30,915 nt of DNA from NCBI GenBank assembly GCA_051745835.1, contig JBNJEL010000008.1, forward strand, positions 1-30,915, written 5' to 3'. The notes below the pieces were generated by a model. The model made no database searches, was not told where the DNA came from, and was given only the letters and a program-made list of their open reading frames with translations. Source of the stretch: Bacillota bacterium. GTDB lineage: Bacteria > Bacillota > Halanaerobiia > Halobacteroidales > Acetohalobiaceae. How positions within the stretch are numbered: the first letter of the stretch is position 1; each line of letters starts with the position of its first letter. This document shows, piece after piece, positions 18,183 to 27,783 of this stretch. The position numbers were made by a program, and so were the translations under genes.

Positions 18183-18992
18183 ATGGAAATGGACTATAAA
18201 TTATTAGCAGTAGATTTAGATGATACGTTACTGTCTAATCAGCTGCAGCTTTCTAACCGAGTTAAAGAAGCAGTTACTGCGGCGCGAAATCAGGGAGTAG
18301 TGGTGACTGTAGCGACAGGTCGGATGTATTCTTCAGCTAAGCCTTATGCTCAGCAGCTGGAGATAGATACACCTTTAATTACTTATAATGGCGCTCTAAT
18401 TAAAGAAGTTGCAACTGAGCAGGTAATTAATCACCATCCGATCGAAGTTAATACCTGTCAAGAGATTGCTCAGTTAGTTAAGGAGTATGATTGGCACTTA
18501 AATATTTACTTTAATGATAAATTATATGTTAATAAGCTAGGTAGAGAGGCTAGACGTTATCAAGAGATAGCGGGAATTAAACCATTATTGGTCGAAGATG
18601 ATATCTGTCACTTTTTATCTCAGCCTTCTACGAAGCTGGTGGTGATTGGTAATAATATTACTGAAACATCAGAGATAGCTGCTCAGTTAGAAGCTCAATT
18701 TGGTGAGCGGTTAAATATTACGCGTTCTAAGCCGACCTTTATTGAGATTATGAACGAGAATATCTCTAAAGGTAGAGCAGTTAAGAATCTAGCTGCACAG
18801 CTAGATATTAAACAGGAGGAAGTTATTGCGGTTGGTGATAGTATGAATGATTTAGAGATGTTAGAGTATGCCGGTTTAGGTGTGGCTGTGGATAATGCTT
18901 CCGCTCAATTAAAGAAAGAAGCTGATTATATTACCGATTCTAATCAAGAAGATGGAGTAGCTAGAGTGATCGAAGAATTTGTGTTGGAATGA
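18183..18992 (+). CDS. Cof-type HAD-IIB phosphatase/hydrolase
   Basis: DYKLLAVDLDDTLL (motif I) ... VGDSMNDLEML (motif IV). The start could equally be the ATG at 18189. Confidence 0.8.
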   Translation: MEMDYKLLAVDLDDTLLSNQLQLSNRVKEAVTAARNQGVVVTVATGRMYSSAKPYAQQLEIDTPLITYNGALIKEVATEQVINHHPIEVNTCQEIAQLVKEYDWHLNIYFNDKLYVNKLGREARRYQEIAGIKPLLVEDDICHFLSQPSTKLVVIGNNITETSEIAAQLEAQFGERLNITRSKPTFIEIMNENISKGRAVKNLAAQLDIKQEEVIAVGDSMNDLEMLEYAGLGVAVDNASAQLKKEADYITDSNQEDGVARVIEEFVLE

Positions 18993-19011
18993 GGTTTTAA
19001 AGGAGGAAATT

Positions 19012-20034
19012 ATGAGAGAGTTAATTAGGAAGTTACCTAAAGTAGAGCTGCATTTACATTTAGATGGTTCACTGCGGGTGAAGACTGTACGTCAATTAAG
19101 CCAGAAATTAGAGCTAGATTTACCTGTAACTAGCAAAGAGAGTTTAGCCGATTACTTACAGGTTAGCGGTCAGTGTGCTGATTTGGGAAATTATTTAGAA
19201 AAGTTTGAACTACCGATTAAATTAATGCAGACTCCAGAAGCGATTAGCAGGATTGCTTATGAGTTAGTTGAGGATTTAGCTGCGGAAAATGTACGCTACG
19301 CGGAGATACGATTTGCTCCTCTTTTGTTAACCGAGCAGTTATCTGCTTTTGAGGTAGTGGAAGCAGCGTTGGATGGTTTAAAGAGAGGTGAGAAGGAGTT
19401 TGGTGTAATTGCTAATCTGATTTTGTGCTGTATGCGCGATCAAGACCCTAGTAAGAGCATTGAAGTTACTCAGTTGGCTATTGACTACTTAGATGCTGGG
19501 GTAGTAGGTATCGACTTAGCAGGAGATGAGGATAACTTTCCTCCCGAAGAGCATGAACAGGCTTTTCAGTTAGCTAAAGGAGCGGGATTAAACCGGACAG
19601 TACATGCTGGCGAGGCTGCGGGAGCTACTAGTGTTAAGAAAGCAATTGATTACTTAAGTGCACAACGAATTGGACATGGCATTAGAACTATTGAAGATCG
19701 CGAGGTCTTAGCTGAGGTAGTCGAAGAGGAGATTCCACTGGAGATCTGTCCTACAAGCAATCTACAAACGAAGGTAATCAGTGATTTAGAGTCAGCTCCG
19801 ATTAGAGATTATTATGAGTTAGGAATTCCGATTACTATCAATACCGATAACCGCACTGTTTCGAATACTACTCTCAGTCAGGAGTATGTTAAATTACATC
19901 GTCAGTTGGATTTCTCGTTAGCTGAAATTAAGGAATTAATTATTAATGGACTCCAGGCAGGATTTATAGAGCAGTCAGAAAAGGAGCGGTTAGTAGCGGA
20001 GTTTAAGGCTGAATTTACTACAATTAAAGGGTAG
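19012..20034 (+). CDS. add: Adenosine deaminase
   Basis: LPKVELHLHLDGSLR, HAGE and TDNRTVS motifs. Start at ATG 19012 (AAGGAGG + 5 nt) rather than the track's 18979. Confidence 0.85.
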   Translation: MRELIRKLPKVELHLHLDGSLRVKTVRQLSQKLELDLPVTSKESLADYLQVSGQCADLGNYLEKFELPIKLMQTPEAISRIAYELVEDLAAENVRYAEIRFAPLLLTEQLSAFEVVEAALDGLKRGEKEFGVIANLILCCMRDQDPSKSIEVTQLAIDYLDAGVVGIDLAGDEDNFPPEEHEQAFQLAKGAGLNRTVHAGEAAGATSVKKAIDYLSAQRIGHGIRTIEDREVLAEVVEEEIPLEICPTSNLQTKVISDLESAPIRDYYELGIPITINTDNRTVSNTTLSQEYVKLHRQLDFSLAEIKELIINGLQAGFIEQSEKERLVAEFKAEFTTIKG

Positions 20035-20043
20035 ATTGTCAGT

Positions 20044-20079
20044 AAAGATCGGCTATGAACCGATCTTTAATCTTTTTAC
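20044..20079. terminator. Bidirectional terminator between add (+) and the D-aminoacylase gene (-)
   Basis: AAAGATCGG-ctatgaa-CCGATCTTT followed by aatcTTTTT. Confidence 0.7.
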
Positions 20080-21671
20080 TTAGCAGTTAGGACTTTGCCG
20101 GGACGACTATGTTGATAATAACCGCCTTTAACTTTAAATTCGCCGTTAACGATAACATCTCTAATTCCTCTAGGATAGCTAACCGGCTGCATAAAGGTAG
20201 CAGTATCGGCAAATTGTGAGTTGAAGATAGTGATGTCAGCTTTATAGCCTTCTTTAATCCAGCCCCGGTCATCTAATCCTAATATTTCCGCTGGCTTAGA
20301 GGTCATCTTAGCAATTGCTTCCTGGATTGATAGTACTTGTTGTTGTTTAACGTAGCGGTTAATGATTCGCGGGTAGGTACCATAGCCGCGTGGATGAGGA
20401 TTACCAGTACCTAAGATAGTATCTGTGCCGATTACACCGTTAGGATTCTGTAAGATCTTAATTAGATAATCTTCCCTTAAAAATGTATCGGTCATGCTGG
20501 CATTACCGCTCTCTTCAATAATGATATCCATTAAAGCATCGGCGGGAGAACAGTTGCGTGCTTCAGCGATTTCAGCAATAGTACAGCCGATTAATTCCCG
20601 ATTCTTTTCAGTATTGACATCGATAACCTTGATATTATCCCAGCTGACTAAGTACGGAATATTATCCCACGGTAGACCGCTGTCAGGCTGTCTGCGACCA
20701 GCAAAGATATCCTTAACTTTCTGTCTTACCTTCGGCTGCTTTAATTTAGCTAGAGTATCAGCTAGACCATCCCCCGCAAATAAGAAGGGGGGTAGAGTAG
20801 CCATTAAGGTAGTGTTACCAGTAATATAGGGGTAACTATCAAAGGTAATATTATACTTATTGATTAGTTCTAAGGCTTGATTGAGTTGTGACCAGTTCTG
20901 TCTACCAATAGCTTTAAGATGCGAGATATGAAGTTGACAATCTACCTTCGTCGCTAGATCGATCATTTCTTGAATGGATTTGACAAGCTCGTCACTTTCA
21001 CTGCGCAGATGTACTGCTGCTACACCGTCATAATTACTAGTAATCTGTAGTAAGTACTCAATCTCTTTACGCTGGTAGAAGACAGCCGGAATATAGATTA
21101 AACCTAAGCTGAGACCGCGGACACCGCTTTCGAAGGCTTCTTGAGTTAGATTACCCATTAGGCTTAATTCAGAGTTATTTAATTTTTCTGAGCGATCCTT
21201 CTTAACATCATACCTTAATGTACCGTGACCAACAAACGGAACAACATTATACTCTGTGCCGTTGACTTGGAGAGCATAGATAAAATCCTCCATACTATTC
21301 CAACTCCAGTCAATTGGTGGATTACCAATAATTAAGTTCTCTTTCCATTCTTCTTTACGCTCTTTAAGAATTGGTGCGACTGATAGACCGCACTGACTGA
21401 TCGCATCAGTAGTCACTCCCTGCATAACCTTAGGTTTTAAACCAGCAGTTACGAAGTTTTGCAGGTCAGTATGACTATGAGTATCAATAAAACCAGGTGT
21501 TACATAACAATCTCTAGCATCTATTACTTCTTCTAACTGATCTAATTCTTCTTCGGCTAGATCGCCAATTTGACTAATTTCATCATCTTCAAGCAAGATA
21601 TCTGCTTGGTAAGGCTCTTTTTGCCCACCATCAACAATTGTACCATTCTTAATTAAAATATTTTTTTTCAT
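20076..21671 (-). CDS. N-acyl-D-amino-acid deacylase (D-aminoacylase), amidohydrolase superfamily
   Basis: GFIDTHSHTD metal-binding motif; 531 aa; family-typical length and N-terminus KNGTIVDG. Confidence 0.75.
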   Translation of the reverse strand: MKKNILIKNGTIVDGGQKEPYQADILLEDDEISQIGDLAEEELDQLEEVIDARDCYVTPGFIDTHSHTDLQNFVTAGLKPKVMQGVTTDAISQCGLSVAPILKERKEEWKENLIIGNPPIDWSWNSMEDFIYALQVNGTEYNVVPFVGHGTLRYDVKKDRSEKLNNSELSLMGNLTQEAFESGVRGLSLGLIYIPAVFYQRKEIEYLLQITSNYDGVAAVHLRSESDELVKSIQEMIDLATKVDCQLHISHLKAIGRQNWSQLNQALELINKYNITFDSYPYITGNTTLMATLPPFLFAGDGLADTLAKLKQPKVRQKVKDIFAGRRQPDSGLPWDNIPYLVSWDNIKVIDVNTEKNRELIGCTIAEIAEARNCSPADALMDIIIEESGNASMTDTFLREDYLIKILQNPNGVIGTDTILGTGNPHPRGYGTYPRIINRYVKQQQVLSIQEAIAKMTSKPAEILGLDDRGWIKEGYKADITIFNSQFADTATFMQPVSYPRGIRDVIVNGEFKVKGGYYQHSRPGKVLTAK

Positions 21672-21777
21672 TATAGATCATCCTTTTTAATTTAACTATA
21701 TTACTTTTATGGTGCGGTGTCAAGAGTGTTTTTAACTTTTGTTCATAATAAAATTATGTGATTATTTATATTTTTAG

Positions 21778-21806
21778 TTGACATATATTCAAAAGAATAG
21801 TATAAT
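21778..21806 (+). promoter_or_regulatory. Sigma-A promoter TTGACA-17-TATAAT for feoAB
   Basis: TTGACA 21778-21783, TATAAT 21801-21806. Confidence 0.6.
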
Positions 21807-21814
21807 AAATTTAA

Positions 21815-21833
21815 GAAAATGAAAATCATTATC
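21815..21833 (+). promoter_or_regulatory. Fur box (17/19 match to GATAATGATAATCATTATC) overlapping the feoA transcription start region
   Basis: GAAAATGAAAATCATTATC immediately downstream of the -10. Confidence 0.7.
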
Positions 21834-21865
21834 ATCTAAATATTTAGTGATTAGGAGGGATTTAC

Positions 21866-22165
21866 ATGGGAGGTATGATTCTAAATAATATTATGAGCAG
21901 TAATTTTATATCTAAGCTTTTGAATATTACAGATGAAGCAGATAATTCAGCAATGAACTTAGCAGAAGCTAGAACTAATCAAGAGTACATTATAAAGGAG
22001 ATTGAAAGTGACGACCAAGAACTTAAGGAGTTTTTGTTTACTTTAGGTTGTTATGAAGGTGAACCTGTAACAGTAATATCTATCCTTGCTGAAAATTATG
22101 TTATTAATGTGAAGGATGCACGATATAGTATTGATAAAGATTTAGCTAAAGCTATCATTGTATAG
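21866..22165 (+). CDS. feoA: Ferrous iron transport protein A (FeoA) with about 29-aa N-terminal extension
   Basis: SH3-like FeoA domain (…YIIKEIESDD…GEPVTVISI…); AGGAGGG RBS before the ATG at 21866. Confidence 0.8.
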   Translation: MGGMILNNIMSSNFISKLLNITDEADNSAMNLAEARTNQEYIIKEIESDDQELKEFLFTLGCYEGEPVTVISILAENYVINVKDARYSIDKDLAKAIIV

Positions 22166-22248
22166 CTTTTATTTTAGTTTTGTGTAAGGGGATGTTGTTA
22201 AAAAGTTAGGTAAAGCTAACAAATCATAAAAGTATGGAGGGTGGAATA

Positions 22249-24267
22249 ATGAGTAACGAAAGTAATATTAGAGTAGCGCTAACAGGAAATCCTAATAGCG
22301 GTAAAACAACTTTATTTAATGCAATAACAGGCGAGATTGAACATGTAGGTAACTGGTCGGGAGTGACAATTGCTAAAAAGGAAGGAGAGATTAAGGAGAG
22401 CTTAAATCGGTCTGATAGTGAAATTACAGCGGTAGATCTGCCAGGAGCATACTCAATGTCTCCATTTACATCGGAGGAGAGTATTACAAGCGGTTTTGTT
22501 AAAAATGAGAATCCAGATGTAATTATTAATATCGTTGATGCTACTAATTTAAGTAGAAGTCTATTCTTTACTACTCAACTTCTCGAGCTAGAGATTCCCG
22601 TTGTTGTTGCTTTAAATAAGAGTGATTTAGCTAAGAAGAAGAATACAGAGATAGATGTTGATAAATTATCCGAAAAATTAGGCTGTCCTGTTGTGGAAAC
22701 AGTAGCTACAAGCAGTAATGATAATGGTTTAGATAATCTTATTTCTACGGCGGTTGAAGTTAGTGGTCAAACACAGAAAGCGCCATTTGCTAGACCTGAT
22801 ATAGATATGACAGATAGAAGTGCAGTAGAATCAGCGGATAAAGAACGATATGAATTTGTTAAAAATATTGTTGCCGAAGTAGAAGATAGAGAGGTAAGTA
22901 GTAGTTCTCAAACTAAGCAGGATGCTGCTGATAGAGTTTTGGCTCATAAGTGGTTTGGGATTCCGATTTTTGCTGTAGTAATGTGGGGTATCTTCTCAAT
23001 TTCTCAAACTCATTTAGGGCCTTTATTAGCAGATACTTTTGTAGGCTGGATTGATCTATTCTATAATTGGGTGGAAGGATCAATTGGTACAGGTGTATCA
23101 CCTGTTTTGAGAGCGATCTTATTAGACGGAATTATTGGCGGAGTAGGAGCAGTTGTTGGTTTCTTACCACTAATTATGGTATTGTTCTTTTTAATAGCAT
23201 TACTTGAAGATTGCGGTTATATGGCTCGGGTTGCTATTGTAATGGATCGTTTCTTTAAGAAAGTTGGTCTATCGGGAAGATCAATTATTCCTATGATTAT
23301 TGGTACTGGCTGTGCTATTCCTGGTGTTATGGCAACAAGAACGATTAAAGATGATCGGCAGAGAAAGACAACTGCCATGTTAACACCGTTTATGCCGTGC
23401 GGAGCTAAACTACCTGTTATCGCTTTATTTGCCGGTGCATTCTTTAATGATGCAGCGTGGGTTGGTACAACTATGTATTTCTTAGCAATTGCGGTAATTA
23501 TTATAGGGGCGTTAGTAGTAGAGAGAGTAACTGGCGATAAAAATAATAGATCACTTTTTATTATGGAGCTACCGGAGTATAGATTTCCAAGTATTAAACG
23601 AGCAACTGTATCAATGTTGGAAAGAGGTAAAGCATTTATTATTAAGGCAGGTACAATTATTTTAATTTGTAATGCTGCGGTACAAATTATGCAGACCTTT
23701 AATTGGCAGTTTGAAGTTGTTGCTGAAGGAGCTGAGCATACAAGTATTTTAGCTAGCGTTGCTTCACCATTTGCTGTTTTATTAGTGCCGTTAGGTTTTG
23801 GTGCTTGGCAGTTAGCAGCAGCAGCAATTACTGGTTTTATAGCCAAGGAGAATGTAGTTGGAACATTAGCAGTTGTCTACTCAATTACTAATTTTATTAA
23901 TCCTGAAGAACTTGCTTTAGTAGGTGATGGTTCAAGTGTTTCCAGTATTATGGGGTTAACTTCAGTAGCTGCTCTATCATACTTAATCTTTAACTTATTT
24001 ACTCCACCATGCTTTGCTGCCATTGGAGCAATGAATGCCGAAATGGAGAATAAAACATGGTTAGGTGGAGCTATTGCCTTTCAATTTGGTATGGGCTATA
24101 CGCTTTCTTTCCTTACTTATCAAGTGGGTACATTGATAACAACAGGCAGTTTAGGTAATGGATTTTTACCTGGTTTAATAGTTGTAGCAGCAATAGTTGG
24201 CTATGTTGTTTACTTAATGAAAAAGGGAGAACAGAAAGTAGATTCTGAGTTAGCTTTTAATGCTTAG
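22249..24267 (+). CDS. feoB: Ferrous iron transport protein B (FeoB)
   Basis: G-domain GNPNSGKTTLFN, DLPG, NKSD motifs plus the polytopic membrane domain. Start at ATG 22249 after GGAGGGTGG. Confidence 0.92.
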   Translation: MSNESNIRVALTGNPNSGKTTLFNAITGEIEHVGNWSGVTIAKKEGEIKESLNRSDSEITAVDLPGAYSMSPFTSEESITSGFVKNENPDVIINIVDATNLSRSLFFTTQLLELEIPVVVALNKSDLAKKKNTEIDVDKLSEKLGCPVVETVATSSNDNGLDNLISTAVEVSGQTQKAPFARPDIDMTDRSAVESADKERYEFVKNIVAEVEDREVSSSSQTKQDAADRVLAHKWFGIPIFAVVMWGIFSISQTHLGPLLADTFVGWIDLFYNWVEGSIGTGVSPVLRAILLDGIIGGVGAVVGFLPLIMVLFFLIALLEDCGYMARVAIVMDRFFKKVGLSGRSIIPMIIGTGCAIPGVMATRTIKDDRQRKTTAMLTPFMPCGAKLPVIALFAGAFFNDAAWVGTTMYFLAIAVIIIGALVVERVTGDKNNRSLFIMELPEYRFPSIKRATVSMLERGKAFIIKAGTIILICNAAVQIMQTFNWQFEVVAEGAEHTSILASVASPFAVLLVPLGFGAWQLAAAAITGFIAKENVVGTLAVVYSITNFINPEELALVGDGSSVSSIMGLTSVAALSYLIFNLFTPPCFAAIGAMNAEMENKTWLGGAIAFQFGMGYTLSFLTYQVGTLITTGSLGNGFLPGLIVVAAIVGYVVYLMKKGEQKVDSELAFNA

Positions 24268-24276
24268 GAGGTAATT

Positions 24277-24417
24277 ATGACTAATTTAATTGTAAGTTTA
24301 ATTATACTGGCAGTAGTATCGGGTTCAGTAGCGAAGATTATTATTGAAAAGCGAAAAGGGACTAAGTGCATCGGTTGCCCTCATGGTCAGTCAGATGAAA
24401 ATTGTGGTTGCAAGTAA
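24277..24417 (+). CDS. FeoB-associated Cys-rich small membrane protein (46 aa; below ORF-track cutoff)
   Basis: MTNLIVSLIILAVVSGSVAKIIIEKRKGTKCIGCPHGQSDENCGCK: one TM helix followed by a CxxC...CGC tail, the pattern seen directly after feoB in many Firmicutes; AGGAGG RBS 6 nt upstream. Confidence 0.65.
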   Translation: MTNLIVSLIILAVVSGSVAKIIIEKRKGTKCIGCPHGQSDENCGCK

Positions 24418-24437
24418 AATTGAATGAAAATTAAGTT

Positions 24438-24480
24438 CCCCTGTATATGGTAGATATCATATGCAGGGGATTATTTATAT
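24438..24480 (+). terminator. Rho-independent terminator of the feo operon
   Basis: CCCCTGTATATG-loop-CATATGCAGGGG followed by ATTATTTATAT. Confidence 0.7.
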
Positions 24481-24626
24481 GTTAGTTGTTAATTTTAATC
24501 ATAGGAAATAGGTTTAGCCACTAATTAATTTAATCTAAACATAAATTGCTCTAATCTCTCATAGAATTATTGTGATGGATTATATACTATTCTGGTTTTA
24601 GCTGTAATGAAAGAAAGGAGGTAACA

Positions 24627-24854
24627 GTGAATAACTATCAAGACTTTGATCTGGTGCGGTATAATGAGAAAGAATTAGTTTTTAGCAGTAAAGAAGATTT
24701 TAAACAAGCTTTACAGGAGTTTAAGAGTGATAATGATATCATTGCTACTTTTGAATCCGAAGGTCGATTGAAGACAATCTTAATCTCTGCCGAGGTAATG
24801 ACTCAGTATCGTAATCAAGAGTTAGCTATCTACGCTGAAGAAGAGTTAGCTTAG
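24627..24854 (+). CDS. Small soluble hypothetical protein (GTG start)
   Basis: 75 aa, AAGGAGG RBS 7 nt upstream, no recognizable motifs; lies immediately upstream of the flotillin gene. Confidence 0.45.
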   Translation: MNNYQDFDLVRYNEKELVFSSKEDFKQALQEFKSDNDIIATFESEGRLKTILISAEVMTQYRNQELAIYAEEELA

Positions 24855-24885
24855 TCATTACATTAGCAGATGCGGAGGTGGATTA

Positions 24886-26304
24886 ATGTTAACGTGGTTA
24901 ATTGGTGGCGGTTTCTTCTTAATTATTATTTTAATTACGAGTGTCTATAAGATTGTGCCTGCCGGAGAAGCACACTTAGTAATTACTCCGGGTAAACGAA
25001 TGGTCTGTGCTTCAGATAAAGATTTGCGGAGAAATAAGGGTAAGAGTTGGTACTTCTATATACCATCTTGGGTGCCACTAATTGGGCGGGCAGTTAGGCG
25101 AATGGATGTTACAATCAAGGAATTAGTAATTGAGAATCAGGAGACTTATGAGAAGGATCAAGCTCGCTACTTAGTTAATTCTTCGACTAAGTACCGGATT
25201 AATAATATCTCTAAAGCTGGTGAGACATTCATTAATGATATGGAGCTGCGCGGTCAGCTAAAGGAGATTATTAAGTCAGCAATTAGAGCTGTAACGGTTA
25301 AGTATAGTGTAACTGATGTTAGAGCTAATAAGAAGCGCATGTCTGAGGAAGTAGAAGATGAGATTCGTGATGACTTACATGAGTGGGGGTTGAAGTTAGT
25401 TAGCTTCGCTTTAGTTGACTTTCAGGATACTCCTAACTCTAAAGTAATCTCTAATATTTCGCGGCGCCGCGAAGTACAGATCGAATCAGAGACAAGAATT
25501 GATAATGCTAATCGTAAAAAAGAGGCACGGATGAAAGAGGCAGAGTCCGATCAGGCAGCTAGAGATCGCGAGATCGAACGTGATGAGGCAATTGCTCGAC
25601 GGGGTAAGACTAAGGAGATAGTGATTGCTAAGGAAGATCAGAAAGTAGCTGAGGAACAGATGAAGGTTAAGAAAGTTAATGAGGTAGAACAAGAGAAGAT
25701 TGATAAGGAGCAGTCTGTAATTAAAGCAGAGGCTGATAAGGAACGTAGAGTTATTGAGGCGCAGGCTGAGCGAGAACAAAAAGAGATTAGCGCCGCGGCT
25801 TATAGAAAAGAACAACAGCTGCAGGGTGAAGGTAATGCCGAAAAGACGCGGATTGAAGCTGAAGCCGAAGCAGAAGCAATTGAGAAACAGGGCTTAGCTG
25901 AAGCTAAAGTAGAAGAAGAGAAAGCTAAAGCCTTCAATCAATATACTGATGATGCTATTCAAGCTTTAACTGCTGAAGATATTGTTAACAAGGAGAAAGA
26001 GATCGGGATCTCCTTAGCTCAAGCCTTAAGTGAATCAGATATGAAGTTTATTAATGCTGGGCAGTCCAACACTTTATTAGAACTATTAGGTACTGCTTCT
26101 GGTGGGGCTAATTTAGGTTCAATGATAGATAGCTTACAGAGCACAGCAGATTTAGATTTAGGTGAATTATCGGAGAAATTACTAGCTGACAAAGATCAAG
26201 AACAGATTAGTCAGAAAGAAGAGGTAAGCAAAGTAGATGAGAATAATCCAGCGGAGAGTAGTGTAGTAGACAATATAATAGAAGATAGTGATAGCGAAGA
26301 ATAA
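24886..26304 (+). CDS. Flotillin-like SPFH/band-7 protein (FloT-type)
   Basis: N-terminal TM segment, SPFH domain, long E/A/K-rich coiled coil (EAEAEAEAIEKQGLAEAK); GGAGGTGG RBS. Confidence 0.85.
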   Translation: MLTWLIGGGFFLIIILITSVYKIVPAGEAHLVITPGKRMVCASDKDLRRNKGKSWYFYIPSWVPLIGRAVRRMDVTIKELVIENQETYEKDQARYLVNSSTKYRINNISKAGETFINDMELRGQLKEIIKSAIRAVTVKYSVTDVRANKKRMSEEVEDEIRDDLHEWGLKLVSFALVDFQDTPNSKVISNISRRREVQIESETRIDNANRKKEARMKEAESDQAARDREIERDEAIARRGKTKEIVIAKEDQKVAEEQMKVKKVNEVEQEKIDKEQSVIKAEADKERRVIEAQAEREQKEISAAAYRKEQQLQGEGNAEKTRIEAEAEAEAIEKQGLAEAKVEEEKAKAFNQYTDDAIQALTAEDIVNKEKEIGISLAQALSESDMKFINAGQSNTLLELLGTASGGANLGSMIDSLQSTADLDLGELSEKLLADKDQEQISQKEEVSKVDENNPAESSVVDNIIEDSDSEE

Positions 26305-26388
26305 TTTAGAGTCTATTGTTAACTTAATAGTTAAACTATAAGGCATAGGTGATTTCCTATTAGAAGGGGATTGCTTATGTCTTTTTAA

Positions 26389-26417
26389 TTGACTAGGAAT
26401 TATTTCTTTGGTATTAT
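26389..26417 (+). promoter_or_regulatory. Sigma-A promoter TTGACT-17-TATTAT upstream of purD
   Basis: TTGACT 26389-26394, TATTAT 26412-26417. Confidence 0.5.
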
Positions 26418-26475
26418 GACTGTACAAAATCTAGCATAATATGTACTAGTTAGTTAAACTGAGGAGGATATGAAG

Positions 26476-27744
26476 ATGAAGGTATTAGTCATCGGCAGCG
26501 GCGGTCGTGAAGCTGCTTTGGTTTGGAAGTTAGCTCAAAGTTTAGAGGTTGATCAAATCTTTGCTGCGCCTGGTAATGTTAGTACAGCTAAGTTTGGGGA
26601 GAATATAGCAATTGCAGGCAATCAGATTGACGAACTGTTAGAATTTGCTCTTGCAGAAGATATTGAGTGGACGATAGTGGGTCCCGAAGCTCCTTTAGTA
26701 GCAGGGATTGTGGATTACTTTCAAAGAGCAGGTCTACAGATTCTAGGACCTACTAAACAAGCAGCTCAGTTAGAAGGAAGCAAGGTCTTTGCTAAGCAGC
26801 TGATGGAAGAGCAGGGAATTCCTACTGCTGAATATGAGGTCTTTAGTACACCTCAGCCAGCACTAGAGTATATTAAGCAGTCAGAGTTACCCCTAGTTAT
26901 TAAAGCGGAAGGGCTAGCCGGCGGTAAAGGGGTTACTGTAGCACAGGACAGAACGGAAGCTATAACAGCGGTAGAAGAGTTGATGATAGAACGTAAATTT
27001 GGACAGGCTGGTCAGCGCATTATTATCGAAGAGTATCTTGAGGGGAAGGAAGTAACTGTTTTAGCAGTGAGTGATGGGCAGGAAATTATTCCACTCTTAC
27101 CTGCTTGTGACCATAAACCGGTCTATGAAGGCGGAAGAGGCCCTAATACTGGCGGAATGGGCGCTTATGCTCCAGCTTCGGTAGTTGATCAGCAGTTATT
27201 AGCTAAAATTAAGCAGAAAGTCTTAGAACCGACTATTGCAGCTTTAGCTCAGAAGGGAGTTGAGTATCGCGGTATTCTGTACGCTGGATTGATGATTACC
27301 GATGAAGAATTTAAGGTTTTAGAGTATAATGTGCGATTGGGGGATCCGGAAGCTCAGGTGCTTTTGCCACTATTAAAGACTGATTTAGTGGAGCTTGGTG
27401 AAGCTATTAATCAGCAGCAGTTGTCTAAGTTAGAATTAGAGTGGTATGCTAAAAGTGCAGCGACAGTGATTATCACATCAGAGGGCTATCCACTAGATTA
27501 TAAGACGGGTTATCAGATTACAGGAGTACACGAGGTAGCAGCAATGAGAGATAATCTACTCTTTCAAGCAGGAACTAAAAAGCAGGGAAGTGAACTAGTA
27601 ACTGCTGGCGGTCGAGTCTTAGGAGTTACTGGATTAGGTACTGATTTAAGTGCTGCTATTAAGAAAGCCTACCAAGGTGTAGAAGAGATTGATTTTAAGG
27701 GGGCTTATTATCGTCAAGATATTGGTCCTGCTCACCTTTTCTAA
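26476..27744 (+). CDS. purD: Phosphoribosylamine--glycine ligase (GAR synthetase)
   Basis: MKVLVIGSGGREAALVWKL... ATP-grasp. The second ATG (26476) has better SD spacing than 26470. Confidence 0.9.
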   Translation: MKVLVIGSGGREAALVWKLAQSLEVDQIFAAPGNVSTAKFGENIAIAGNQIDELLEFALAEDIEWTIVGPEAPLVAGIVDYFQRAGLQILGPTKQAAQLEGSKVFAKQLMEEQGIPTAEYEVFSTPQPALEYIKQSELPLVIKAEGLAGGKGVTVAQDRTEAITAVEELMIERKFGQAGQRIIIEEYLEGKEVTVLAVSDGQEIIPLLPACDHKPVYEGGRGPNTGGMGAYAPASVVDQQLLAKIKQKVLEPTIAALAQKGVEYRGILYAGLMITDEEFKVLEYNVRLGDPEAQVLLPLLKTDLVELGEAINQQQLSKLELEWYAKSAATVIITSEGYPLDYKTGYQITGVHEVAAMRDNLLFQAGTKKQGSELVTAGGRVLGVTGLGTDLSAAIKKAYQGVEEIDFKGAYYRQDIGPAHLF

Positions 27745-27783
27745 CAGCACTTCATACTAATGTAACAAGGTAGGTGAAATGAG

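Noticed and set aside
23217-23846. 209-aa ORF on the minus strand inside feoB (and other antisense/overlapping ORFs: 1412-1612, 4922-5188, 4930-5121, 8837-9037, 10950-11141, 15332-15523, 20087-20272, 20494-20829, 22913-23101, 25486-25815, 26182-26427, 30104-30289)
   Set aside because: All lie antisense to, or out of frame within, strongly supported conserved genes (uvrB, uvrA, ClC, feoB, flotillin, purL, D-aminoacylase). They lack SDs and have low-complexity composition typical of shadow ORFs in AT-rich DNA.
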